DNA of 64,000 nucleotides. Origin: the human T2T-CHM13v2.0 reference genome, Homo sapiens. Each line of letters begins with the position of its first letter. Position 1 is the stretch's first letter. The notes beneath the pieces were generated by a model, which ran no database searches, had not been told where the DNA came from, and saw only the letters and a program-made list of their open reading frames with translations. Position numbers and translations under genes: made by a program. Below are positions 43,091-55,100 of the stretch, one piece after another. The stretch lies in the NCBI RefSeq assembly GCF_009914755.1, contig NC_060933.1; one strand, given 5' to 3'.

Positions 43091-44489
43091 ATGGAATGGA
43101 ATGGAATGGAATGGAATGGGTTCAACTAGAATGGAATGGAAAGAAATGGAATCAACCCGAGTGGAATGGCATGGAATGGAATGGAATGGAATGGAATGGA
43201 ATGGAAAGCAATGGAATGAAATGGAATGGAAGGGAATGGATTGAAATGGAAAGGAATGGAATGGAATCAACCCGAGTGCAATGTAATGGAATTGAATGGA
43301 ATGGAATGGAATGCAATGGAATGAATTCAACCCGAATGGAATGGAAAGGAATGGAATAAACCCGAGTGGAATGGCATGGAATGGAGTGGAATGGAATGGA
43401 ATGGAATACTACGGAAGAGAATGGAATGGAACGAAATGGAATGGAATGGAATGGAATGGAATGGAATGGAATGGAATGGAATGGAATGAACACGTGAGCA
43501 ATTGAATGGAATCGAATGGAATGGAATGGAATGGAATGGATTCAACACGAATGGAATGGAAAGCAATGGAATAAACCCGAGTGGAATGGCATGGAGTGGA
43601 GTGGAATGGAATGGAATGGAATAGAATGGAATGGTACGGAATAGAATGGAATGGAACGAAATGGAATGGAATGGAATGGAATGGAATGGAATGGAATGGA
43701 ATGGAATCAAACCGAGTGCAGGGGAATGGAATGGAATTGAAGGCAATGGAATGGAATCATCCGGAATTGAATGGAATGGAATGGAATCAACTCGATTGCA
43801 ATGGAATGGAATGGAATGGCATGGAATGGAATGGAATGGAATGCAATGCAATGGAATGCAATGGAATGGAATGGAATTAACCCGAATAGAATGGAATGGA
43901 ATGGAATGGAAGTAAATGGAATGGAAGGTAATGAACCCGAGTGCAGGGGAATGGAATGGAATGGAATGCAATGGAATGGAGTCATCCGGAATGGAACGGA
44001 AAGGAATGGAATGGAACCAACCCGTGTGCAATGGAATTGAAAGGAATGGAATGGAATGGAATGGAATGGAATGGAATGGAATGGATTCAACCCGAATGGA
44101 TTGGAAAGGAAGGGAATCAACCCAAGTGGAATGGCATGGAATGGAATGGATTGGAATGGAATGGAATGGAATGCTACCGAATAGAATGGAATGGAACGAA
44201 ATGGAGTAGAATGGAATGGAATGGAATGCAATCAACCCGAGTGCAATGGAATGGAGTGGAATGGATTGGAATGGAATGGAAACAACCTGAATGGAGTGGA
44301 ATGAAATGGAGTGTAAGGGAATTGAATGCAATCAAACCGAATGTAATGGAATGGAATGGAACGGAATGGAATGGAATGGAATGGAATGGAATGCAGTGGA
44401 ATGGAATCAAACCTAGTGCAATGGAATGGAATGGAATGGAATGGAATAGAATGGAATGGAATCAATTCGATTGCAATGGAATGGAATGG

Positions 44490-45750
44490 AATGGAATGGA
44501 ATGGAATGGAATGGGTTCAACTCGAATGGAATGGAAAGGAATGGAATCAACCCGAGTGGAACGGCATGGAATGGAATGCAATGGAATGGAATGGAATGGA
44601 ATGGAATGCAATGGAATGGAATGGAATGCAATGGAATCAACCCGAGAGCTATGTAATGGAATTGAATGGAATGGAATGGAATGGAATGGAATGGAATGGA
44701 TTCAACCCGAATGGAATGGAAAGGAATGGAATAAACCCGAGTGGAATGGCATGGAATGGAGTGGAATGGAATGGAATGGAATGGAATGGAATGGAAAGGA
44801 ATGGTACGGAATAGAATGGAATGGAACGAAATGGAATGTAATGTAATGGAATGGAATGGAATGGAATGAACCCGTGTGCAATGGAATGGAATGGAAAGGA
44901 ATGGAATGGAATGGAATGAACCCGTGTGCAATGGAATGGAATCGAATGGAATGGAATCAACTCGATTGCAATGGAATGTAATGGAATGGAATGGAATGGA
45001 ATTAACCCTAATAGAATGGAATGGAATGGAATGGAAGGGAATGGAATGGAATGGAATTAACCGGAATAGAATGCAATGGAATGGAATGGAATGGAATGGA
45101 ATGGAATGGAATGAAATGGAATCAACTCGATTTCAATGGAATGGAATGGAATGCAGTGGAATGGAATGGAATGGAATGGAATGAAATTAACCCGAATAGA
45201 ATGGAATGGAATGGAATGGAATGGAATGGAATGGAATGGAATGGGTTCAACTCGAATGGAATGGAAAGGAATGGAATCAACCCGAGTGGAACGGCATGGA
45301 ATGGAATGCAATGGAATGGAATGGAATGGAATGGAATGCAATGGAATGGAATGGAATGCAATGGAATCAACCCGAGTGCTATGTAATGGAATTGAATGGA
45401 ATGGAATGGAATGGAATGGAATGGAATGGATTCAACCCGAATGGAATGGAAAGGAATGGAATAAACCCGAGTGGAATGGCATGGAATGGAGTGGAATGGA
45501 ATGGAATGGAATGGAATGGAATGGTACGGAATAGAATGGAATGGAACGAAATGGAATGTAATGTAATGGAATGGAATGGAATGGAATGAACCCGTGTGCA
45601 ATGGAATGGAATGGAAAGGAATGGAATGGAATGGAATGAACCCGTGTGCAATGGAATGGAATCGAATGGAATGGAATCAACTCGATTGCAATGGAATGTA
45701 ATGGAATGGAATGGAATGGAATTAACCCTAATAGAATGGAATGGAATGGA
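44490..45750 (+). repeat. ~0.72-0.73 kb tandem duplication (second copy partial)
   Basis: Repeated markers: atgggttcaactcga (44511/45241), acggcatgga (44561/45291), cccgag[a/t]gctatgt (44641/45371), atggaatgtaatgtaatgg (44831/45551), attaacccta (45001/45721). Confidence 0.85.
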
Positions 45751-48700
45751 ATGGAATGGAATGGAAAGGAATGGAATGGAATAAACCCGAGTGTAGGTGA
45801 ATGGAATAGAATGGAAGGCAATGGAATGCAATCATCCGGAATTGAATGGAATGGAATGGAATGGAATGGAATCAACTCGATTGCAATGGAATGTAATGGA
45901 ATGGAATGGAATGGAATTAACCCTAATAGAATGGAATGGAATGGAATGGAAGGGAATGGAATGGAATGGAATGGAACGGAATTAACCGGAATAAAATGCA
46001 ATGGAATGGAATGGAATGGAATGGAATGGAATGGAATGAAATGGAATCAACTCGATTTCAATGGAATGGAATGGAATGGAACGGAATGGAATGGAATGGA
46101 ATGGAATGAAATTAACCCGAATAGAATGGAATAGAATGGAATGGAATGGAATGGAATGGAATGGAATGGAATGGAATGGAATAGAGTGGAATGGAATGGA
46201 ATGGAATAGAATGGAATCCACCCGAGTGCAGGGGAATGGAATGGAATGGAATGCAATGGAATGGAATCATACGGAATGGAATGGAATGGAATGGAATGGA
46301 ATCAACCCGATTGCAATGGAATGGAGTGGAATGGAATGGAATGGAATGGAAACAACCCGAATGGAATGGAATGGAATGGAATGGAGTGTAAGGGAATTGA
46401 ACAGAATCAATACGAATGTAATGGAATGGAATGGAACGGAATGGAATGCAATGGAATGGAATGGAATCCAATGGAATGGGTTCAACCCGAGTGCAATGGA
46501 ATGGAATCGAAAGTAATGGAATGGAATGGAATGGATTCAACACGAATGGAATGGAAAGGAATGGCATCAACCCGAGTGGAATGGAATTTAATGGAATGGA
46601 ATGGAATGGAATGGAATGCAGTGAAATGGAATCAAACCTAGTGCAATGGAATGGAATGGAATGGAATGGAATGGAATGGATTAGATTCAACCCAAATGGA
46701 ATGGAAAGCAATGGAATCAACCCGAGTGGAATGGCATGGAATGGAATGGAATGGAATGGTATGGAAAGTTACGGAATAGAATGGAATGGAACGAAATGGA
46801 ACGGAATGGAATGGAATGGAATGGAATGCAATGGAATAGAATGGAATCCACCCGATTACAGGGGAATGGAATGGAATGGAATGCAATGGAATGGAATGGA
46901 ATGGATTCAACCCGAATGGAATGGAAAGGAAAGGAATAATCCCGAGTGAAATGGCATGGAAGGGAATGGAATGGAATGGAATGGTACGGAGTAGAATGGA
47001 ATGGAACGAAATGGAATGGAATGGAATGGAATGGAAAGGAATGAACCCGTGAGCAATGGAATGGAATGGAATGGAATGGAATGGGTTCAACTCGAATGGA
47101 ATGGAAAGGAATGGAATCAACCCGAGTGGAATGGCATGGAATGGAATGGAATGGAATTTAATGGAATGGAATGGAATGGAATGGATTCAACCCGAATGCA
47201 ATGGAAAGGAATGGAATAAACCAGAGTGGAATGGCATGGAACGGAGGGGAATGGAATGGAATGGAAGGGAATGGTACGGAATAGAATGGAATGGAACGAA
47301 ATGGAATGGAATGGAACGGAATGGAATGGAATGGAATGGAATGGAATGGAATAGAATGAACCCGTGTGCAATTGAATGGAATCGAATGGAATAGAATGCA
47401 ATGGAATGGATTCAACTAGAATGGAATGGAAAGGAATGGAATCAACCCGAGTGGAATGGCATGGCATGGAATGGAATGGAATGGAACGGAATGGAAAGGT
47501 ACGGAATAGAATGGAATGGAACGAAATGGAATGGAATGGAATGGAATGAATGGAATGGAATTGAATAAAATGGAATCCACCCGATTGCAGGGGAATGGAA
47601 TGGAACGGAATGCAATGGAATAGAATGGAATGGATTCAACCCGAATGGAATGGAAAGGAATGGAATCAATCCGAGTGGAATGGCATGGAATGGAATGGAA
47701 TGGAATGGAATGGAATGGTACGGAATAGAATGGAATGGAACGAAATGGAATGGAATGGAATGGAATGGAATGGAATGGAATGGAATCAACCTGAGTGCAA
47801 TGGAATGGAGTGGAATGGAATGTAATGGAACGGAAACAACCCGAATGGAATGGAATGTAATGGAGTTTAAGGGAATTGAATACAATCAATCCGAATGTAA
47901 TGGAATGGAATGGAACGGAATGGAATGGAATGGAATGGAATGGAATGGAATGAAATGGAATCAACTCGATTTCAATGGAATGGAATGGAATGGAATGGAA
48001 TGGAATGGAATGGAATGGAATGGAATGGAATGGAATGGAATGAAATTAACCCGAATAGAATGGAATGGAATGGAATGGAATGGAATGGAATGGAATGGAA
48101 TGGAATGGAATGGAATAGAGTGGAATGGAACGAAATGGAATGGAATGGAATGGAATGGAATGGAATGGAATGGAATGGAATGGAATGGAATCAACCCGAG
48201 TGCAGGGGAATGGAGTGGAATGGAAGGCAATGGAATGGAATCATCCGGAATGGAATGGAATGGAATGGAATGGAATGGAATGGAATGGAATCAAACTGAG
48301 TGCAGGGGAATGGAATGCAATGGAATGCAATGGAATGGAATGGAATGGAATGCAATGGAAACAACTCGATTGCAATGGAATGGAATGGAATGGAATGGAA
48401 TGGAATGGAATGGAATGGAATGGAATTAACCTGAACAGAATGGAATGGAATGGAATGGAATGGAACGGAATGGAATGGAATGGAATCAACCTGAGTGCAG
48501 GGGAATGGAATGGAATGGAATGCAATGGAATGGATTCATCCGGAATGGAATGGAATGGAATGGAATGCAATGGAATGGAATCAATCAACCCGAGTGCAAT
48601 GCAATGGAGTGGAATGGAATGGAATGGAACGGAAACTACCCGAATGGAATGGAATGGAATGGAGTGTAAGGGAATTGAAAAGAATCAATCCGAATGTAAT

Positions 48701-49919
48701 GGAATGGAATGGAACGGAATGAAATGGAATGGCATGGAATGGAATGGAATCAACCCGAGTTCAATGGAATGGAATTGAACGGAATGGAATGGAAAGGAAT
48801 GGATTCAACCCGAATGGAATGGAAACGAATGGAATGGAATGGAATGGAATGCTACGGAATAGAATGGAATGGAACGAAATGGAATGGAATGGAATGGAAT
48901 GGAATGGAATGGAATGAACCCGTGTGCAATGGATTGGAATGGAATGGAATGGAATGGAATGGAATGGAATGGTTTCAACTCGAATGGAATGGAAAGGAAT
49001 GGAATCAACCCGAGTGGAATGGCATGGAATGGAATGGAATGGAATGGAATGGAATGGAATGGAATGGAATAGAATGAAATGGAATGGAATGGAATGGAAT
49101 GGAAACAACACGAGTGCAATGTAATGGAATCGAGTGGAATGGAATTGAATGGATAGGAATGGATTCAATCCGAATGGAATGGAAAGGAATGGAATAAACC
49201 CGAGAGGAATAGCATGGAATGGAGTGGAATGGAATGGAATGGAATGGAATGGTATGGAATAGAATGGAATGGAACTAAATGGAATGGAATGGAATGGAAT
49301 GGAATGGAATGGAATCAACCCGAGTGCAATGTAATGGAATCGAATGGAATGGAATGGAATGGAATGGATTCAACCCGAATGGAATGGAAAGGAATGGAAT
49401 AAACCCGAGTGGAATGGCATGGAGTGGAATGGAATGGAATGGAATGGAATGGAATGGAATGGAATGGTACGGAGTAGAATGGAATGGAACGAAATGGAAT
49501 GGAATGGAATGGAATGGAATGGAATGGAATGAACCCGTGTGCAATGGAATTTAATCGAATGGAATGGAATGGATTGGAATGGATTCAACTCGAATGGAAT
49601 GGAAAGGAATGGAATCAACCCGAGTGGAATGGCATGGAATGGAATGGAATGGAATGGAATGGAATGGAATGGTACGGAATAGAATGGAAAGGAACGAAAT
49701 GGAATGGAATGAAATGGAATGGAATGGAATGGAATGGAATGGAATGGAATCAACCCGAGTGCAGGGGAATGGAATGGAATTGAAGGCAATGGAATGGAAT
49801 CATCCGGAATTGAATGGAATGGAATGGAATCAACTCGATTGCAATGGAATGGAATGGAATGGAACGGAATGGAACGGAATGGAATGGAATGGAATGGAAT
49901 GGAATGGTATGGAATGGAA

Positions 49920-52130
49920 TGGAATGGAATCAACACGAGTGCAATGGAATGGAGTGGAATGGAATGGAATGGAATGGAAAAACCCGAATGGAATGGAATG
50001 GAATGGAGAGTAAGAGAGTTGAATAGAATCAGTCCGAATGTAATGGAATGGAATGCAACGGAATGGAATAGAATGGAATGGAATGGAATGGAATCAACCC
50101 GAGTACAATGGAATGGAATGGAATGGAATGGAATGGAATGGAATGGAATGGAATTGAATGGAATGGAATGCCTTCAAACCGAATGGAATGGAAAGGAATT
50201 GAATCAATAAGAGTGGAATGGAATGGAATGGAATGGAAAGGAATGGAATGGAATGGAATGGTACGGAATAGAATGGAATGGAAGGAAATGGAATGGAATG
50301 GAATGGAATGGAATGGAATGGAATGGAATGGAATGGAATGGAATCGTTCCCAGTGGAATAGGAGGGAATGTATTCGAGTGGAATGGAAAGGAATGGAATC
50401 AACCAGAGTGGAATGGAAGGGAATGGAATGGAATGGAAACTAATAGAATGGAATCAACCCGAGTGGAATGGAATGGAAAGGACTGGAATGGAATGGAATG
50501 GAGTGGAATGGAATGGAATGGAATCAACTCGATTGTAATAGAATGGAATGGAATGGAATGGAATGGAATGAAATGGCATGGAATGGAATTAACCCGAATA
50601 CAATGGAATGGAATGGAATGGAAGGGAATGGAGTGGAATGGAATGGAATCAACCCGAGTGCAGGGAAATGGAATGGAATGGAATGCAATGGAATGGAATC
50701 ATCCGGAATGGAATGGAATGGAATGGAATGCAAAGCAATGGAATCAACTCGATTGCAATGGAATGGAATGGAATGGAAAGGAATAGAATGGAATCAACCC
50801 GAGTGGAATGGAAAGGAAAGGACTGGAATGGAGTGGAATGGAATGGAATGGAATGGAATGGAATCAACTCGATTGGAATGGAATGCAATGGAATGGAATG
50901 GAATGGAATCAACTCGATTGCAATCGAATGGAATGGAATGGAATTAACCCGAATAGAATGGAATGGAATGGAATGGAATGGAACGGAATGGAATGGAATG
51001 GAATGGAATGAAATGGAACGGAACGGAACGGAATGGAATGGAATGGAATGGAATGGAATGGAATCAACGCGAGTGCAGGGGAATGGAATGGAATGGAATG
51101 CAATGGAATGGAATCTTCCGGAATGGAATGGAATGGAATGGAATGGAATGAAATGCAATGGATTCAACTCGATTGCAATGGAATGGAATGGAATGGAATG
51201 GAATGAAATGCAATGGATTCAACTCGATTGCAATGGAATGGAATAGATTGGAATGGAATGGAATGGAATGGAATTTAATGGAATGGAATGGAATGGAATG
51301 GAATTAACCCGAATAGAATGGAATGGAATGGAATGGAACGGAATGGAACGAAATGGAATGGAATGGAATGGAATGGAATAGAATGGAATGGTATGGAATG
51401 GAATGGAATGGTACGGAATAGAATGGAATTGAACGAATTCTAATGGAATGGAATTGAATGGAATGGAATGGAATGGAATGGAATGGAATCAACGCGAGTG
51501 CAGGGGAATGTAATGGAACGGAATGCAATGGAATGGAATCATCCGGAATGGAATGGAATGGAATGGAAAGGAATGGAATCAACCCGAGTGCAATGGAATG
51601 GAGTGGAATGGAATGGAATGGAATGGAACAACCCGAATGGAATGGAATGTAATGGAGAGTAAGGGAGTTGAATAGAATCAATCCGAATGTAATGGAATGG
51701 AATGCAACGGATTGGAATGGAATGGAATGGGATGGAATGCAATGGAATGGAATCAACCCGAGTACAATGGAATGGAATGGAATGGAATGGAATGGAATGG
51801 AATGGAATGCCTTCAAAGCGAATGGAATGGAAAGGAATGGAATCAACACGAGTGGAATGGAATGGAATGGAATGGAATGGAATGGAATGGAATGATACGG
51901 AATAGAATGTAATGGAACGAAATGGAATGGAAAGGAATGGAATGGAATGGAATGGAATGGAATGGAATCGTTCCGAGTGGAATAGGAGGGAATGTATTCG
52001 AGTGGAATGGAATGGAATGGAATCAACCAGAGTGGAATGGAAGGGAACGGAATGGAATGGAAGCTAATAGAATGTAATCAACCCGAGTGGAATGGAATGG
52101 AAAGGACTGGAATGGAATGGAATGGAATGG
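49920..52130 (+). repeat. ~2.2 kb segment, direct paralog of ~1840-4050
   Basis: Same ordered set of rare variants as 1840-4050, at an offset of ~48.1 kb. Confidence 0.85.
51110..51124. promoter_or_regulatory. HSE-like motif, representative of block 3 copies
   Basis: Other copies are at 54663, 55652, 56510, 59231 and 62385. Motif match only. Confidence 0.55.
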
Positions 52131-55100
52131 AATCAACTCGATTGTAATGGAATGGAATGGAATGGAATGGAATGGAATGGAATGGAATGGAATGGAATTA
52201 ACCCGAATACAATGGAATGGAATGGAATGCAACGGAATGGAGTGGAATGGAATGGAATCAACCCGAGTGCAGGGGAATGCAATGGAATGGAATGCAATGG
52301 AATGGAGTCATCCGGAATGGAATGGAATGGAATGGAATGCAAAGCAATGGAATCAACTGGATTTCAATGGAATGGAATGGAATGGAAAGGAATACATTGG
52401 AATCAACCCGAGTGGAATGGAATGGAAAGGACTGGAATGGAGTGGAATGGAATGGAATGGAATGGAATGGAATCAACTCGATTGGAATGGAATGGAATGG
52501 AATGGAATGGAATGGAATGGAATGGAATTAACCCGAATAGAATGGAATGGAATGGAATGGAACGGAACGGAACGGAATGGAATGGAATGGAATGGAATGG
52601 AATGGAATAGAATCAACCAGACTGCAGGGGAATGGAATGGAATGGAATGCAATGGAATGGATTCAACTTGAATGGAATGGAAAGAATGGAATCAACACGA
52701 GTGGAATGGCATGGATTGGAATGGAATGGAATGGAATCAACCCGAGTACAGGGGAATGGAATGGAATGGAATGCAATGGAATGGAATCATCCGTAATGGA
52801 ATGGAAAGGAATGGAATGGAATGGAATGGAATGGAATGGAATCAACTCGATTGCAATCGAATGGAATGGAATGGAATTAACCCGAATAGAATGGAATGGA
52901 ATGGAATGGAATGGAATGGAATGGAATGGAATGCCTTTAAACCGAATGGAATGGAAAGGAATGGAATCAACACGAGTGGAATGGAATGGAATGGAATGGA
53001 ATGGAATGGAATGGAATGGAATGGAATGATACGGAATAGAATGGAATGCGACGAAATGGAATGGAATGGAATGGAATGCAATGGAATGGAATCGTTCCGA
53101 GTGGAATAGGAGGGAATGTATTCGAGTGGAATGGAAAGGAATGGAATCAACCAGAGTGGAATGGAAGCGAATGGAATGGAATGGAAACTAATAGAATGGA
53201 ATCAACCCGAGTGGAATGGAATGGAAAGGACTGGAATGGAAAGGAATGGAATGGAATGGAATGGAATGGAATGGAATGGAATGGAATGGAATGGAATCAA
53301 CGCGAGTGCAGGGGAATGGAATGGAATCGAATGGAATGGAATGGAATGGAATGGAATCAACCCGAGTGCAGGGGAATGTAATGGAACGGAATGCAATGGA
53401 ATGGAATCATCCGGAATGGAATGGAATGGAATGGAATCAACCCGAGTGCAATGGAATGGAGTGGAATGGAATGGAATGGAATGGAACAACACGAATGTAA
53501 TGGAATGTAATGGAGAGTAAGGGAGTTGAAAAGAATGAATCCGAATGTAATGGAATGGAATGGAACGGAATGGAATGGAATGGAATGGAATGGAATGGAA
53601 TGGAATGGAATGCAATGGAATGGAATCAACCCGAGTACAATGGAACGGAATGGAATGGAATGTAATGTAATGGAATGGAATGGAATGGAATGGAATGGAA
53701 TGGAATCAACCCGAGTTCAATGGAATGGAGAGGAATGGAATGGAATGGAATGGAAACTACCCGAATGGAATGGAATGTATTGGAGTGTAAGGGAATTGAA
53801 TAGAATCAATCCGAATGGAATGGAATGGAATGGAATGGAATGCAATGGAATGGAATCAATCCGAGTGCAATCGAATGGAATCGAATGGAATGGAATGCAA
53901 TGGAATGGATTCAACTTCAATGGAATGCAAAGAATGGAATCAACACGAGTGGAATGGCATAGATTGGAATAGAATGGAATGCAATCAAGCCGAGTACAGT
54001 GGAATGGAATGGAATGGAATGCAATGGAAAGGAACCATCCGTAATGGAATGGAAAGGAATGGAATGGAATGGAATGCAATGGAAAGGAATCAACTCGATT
54101 GCAATCGAATGGAATGGAATGGAATTAACCCGAAAAGAGAGGAATGGAATGGAATGGAACGGAACGGAATGGAATGGAATGGAATGGAATGGAATGGAAT
54201 TGAATCAACCCGACTGCAGATGAATGGAATGGAATGGAATGCAATGGAATGGATTCAACTTGAATGGAATGGAAAGAATGGAATCAACACGAGTGGAATG
54301 GCATGGATTGGAATGGAATGGAATGGATCAACCCGAGTACAGGGGAATGGAATGGAATGGAATGCAATGGAATGGAATCATCCGTAATGGAATGGAAAGG
54401 AATGGAATGGAATGGAATGGAATGGAATGGAATGGAATGGAATGGAATCAACTCGATTGCAATCGAATGGAATGGAATGGAATTAACCCGAATATAATGG
54501 AATGGAATGGAATGGAACGGAATGGAATGGAATGGAATGGAATGGAATGGAATGGAATGGAACGGAACGGAACGGAATGGATGGAATGGAATGGAATGGA
54601 ATGGAATGGAATGGAATCAACGCGAGTGCAGGGGAATGGAATGGAAAAGAATGCAATGGAATGGAATCTTCGGGAATGGAATGGAATGGAATGGAATGGA
54701 ATGGAATGAAATGCAATTGATTCAACTCGACTGCAATGGAATGGAATAGAATGGAATGGAATGGAATGGAATGGAATGGAATGGACCCGAATAGAATGGA
54801 ATGGAATGGAATGGAACGGAATGGAACGGAATGGAATGGAATGGAATGGAATGGAATGGTATGGAATGGAATGGAATGGTACGGAATAGAATGGAATGGA
54901 ACGAATTGTAATGGAATGGAATTGAATGGAATGGAATGGAATGGAATGGAATCAACGCGAGTGCAGGGGAATGTAATGGAACGGAATGCAATGGAATGGA
55001 ATCATCCGGAATGGAATGGAATGGAATGGAATGGAATGGAATGGAATCAACCCGAGTGCAATGGAATGGAGTGGAATGGAATGGAATGGAATGGAACAAC

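Larger units (their letters stand above)
39020..49900. repeat. Distinct HSat3 sub-domain ('B-type') straddling junction 2
   Basis: Enriched in AATGAACCCGTGTGCAAT, GGGTTCAAC, GAAGGCAAT, AAACCTAGTGC and GAGTGGAATGGCATGG. I found no GCCTTCAAACCG or CGTTCCGAGTGGAATAGGAGGG landmarks here, although they are common elsewhere. The same type occupies ~1-1200. Confidence 0.7.
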
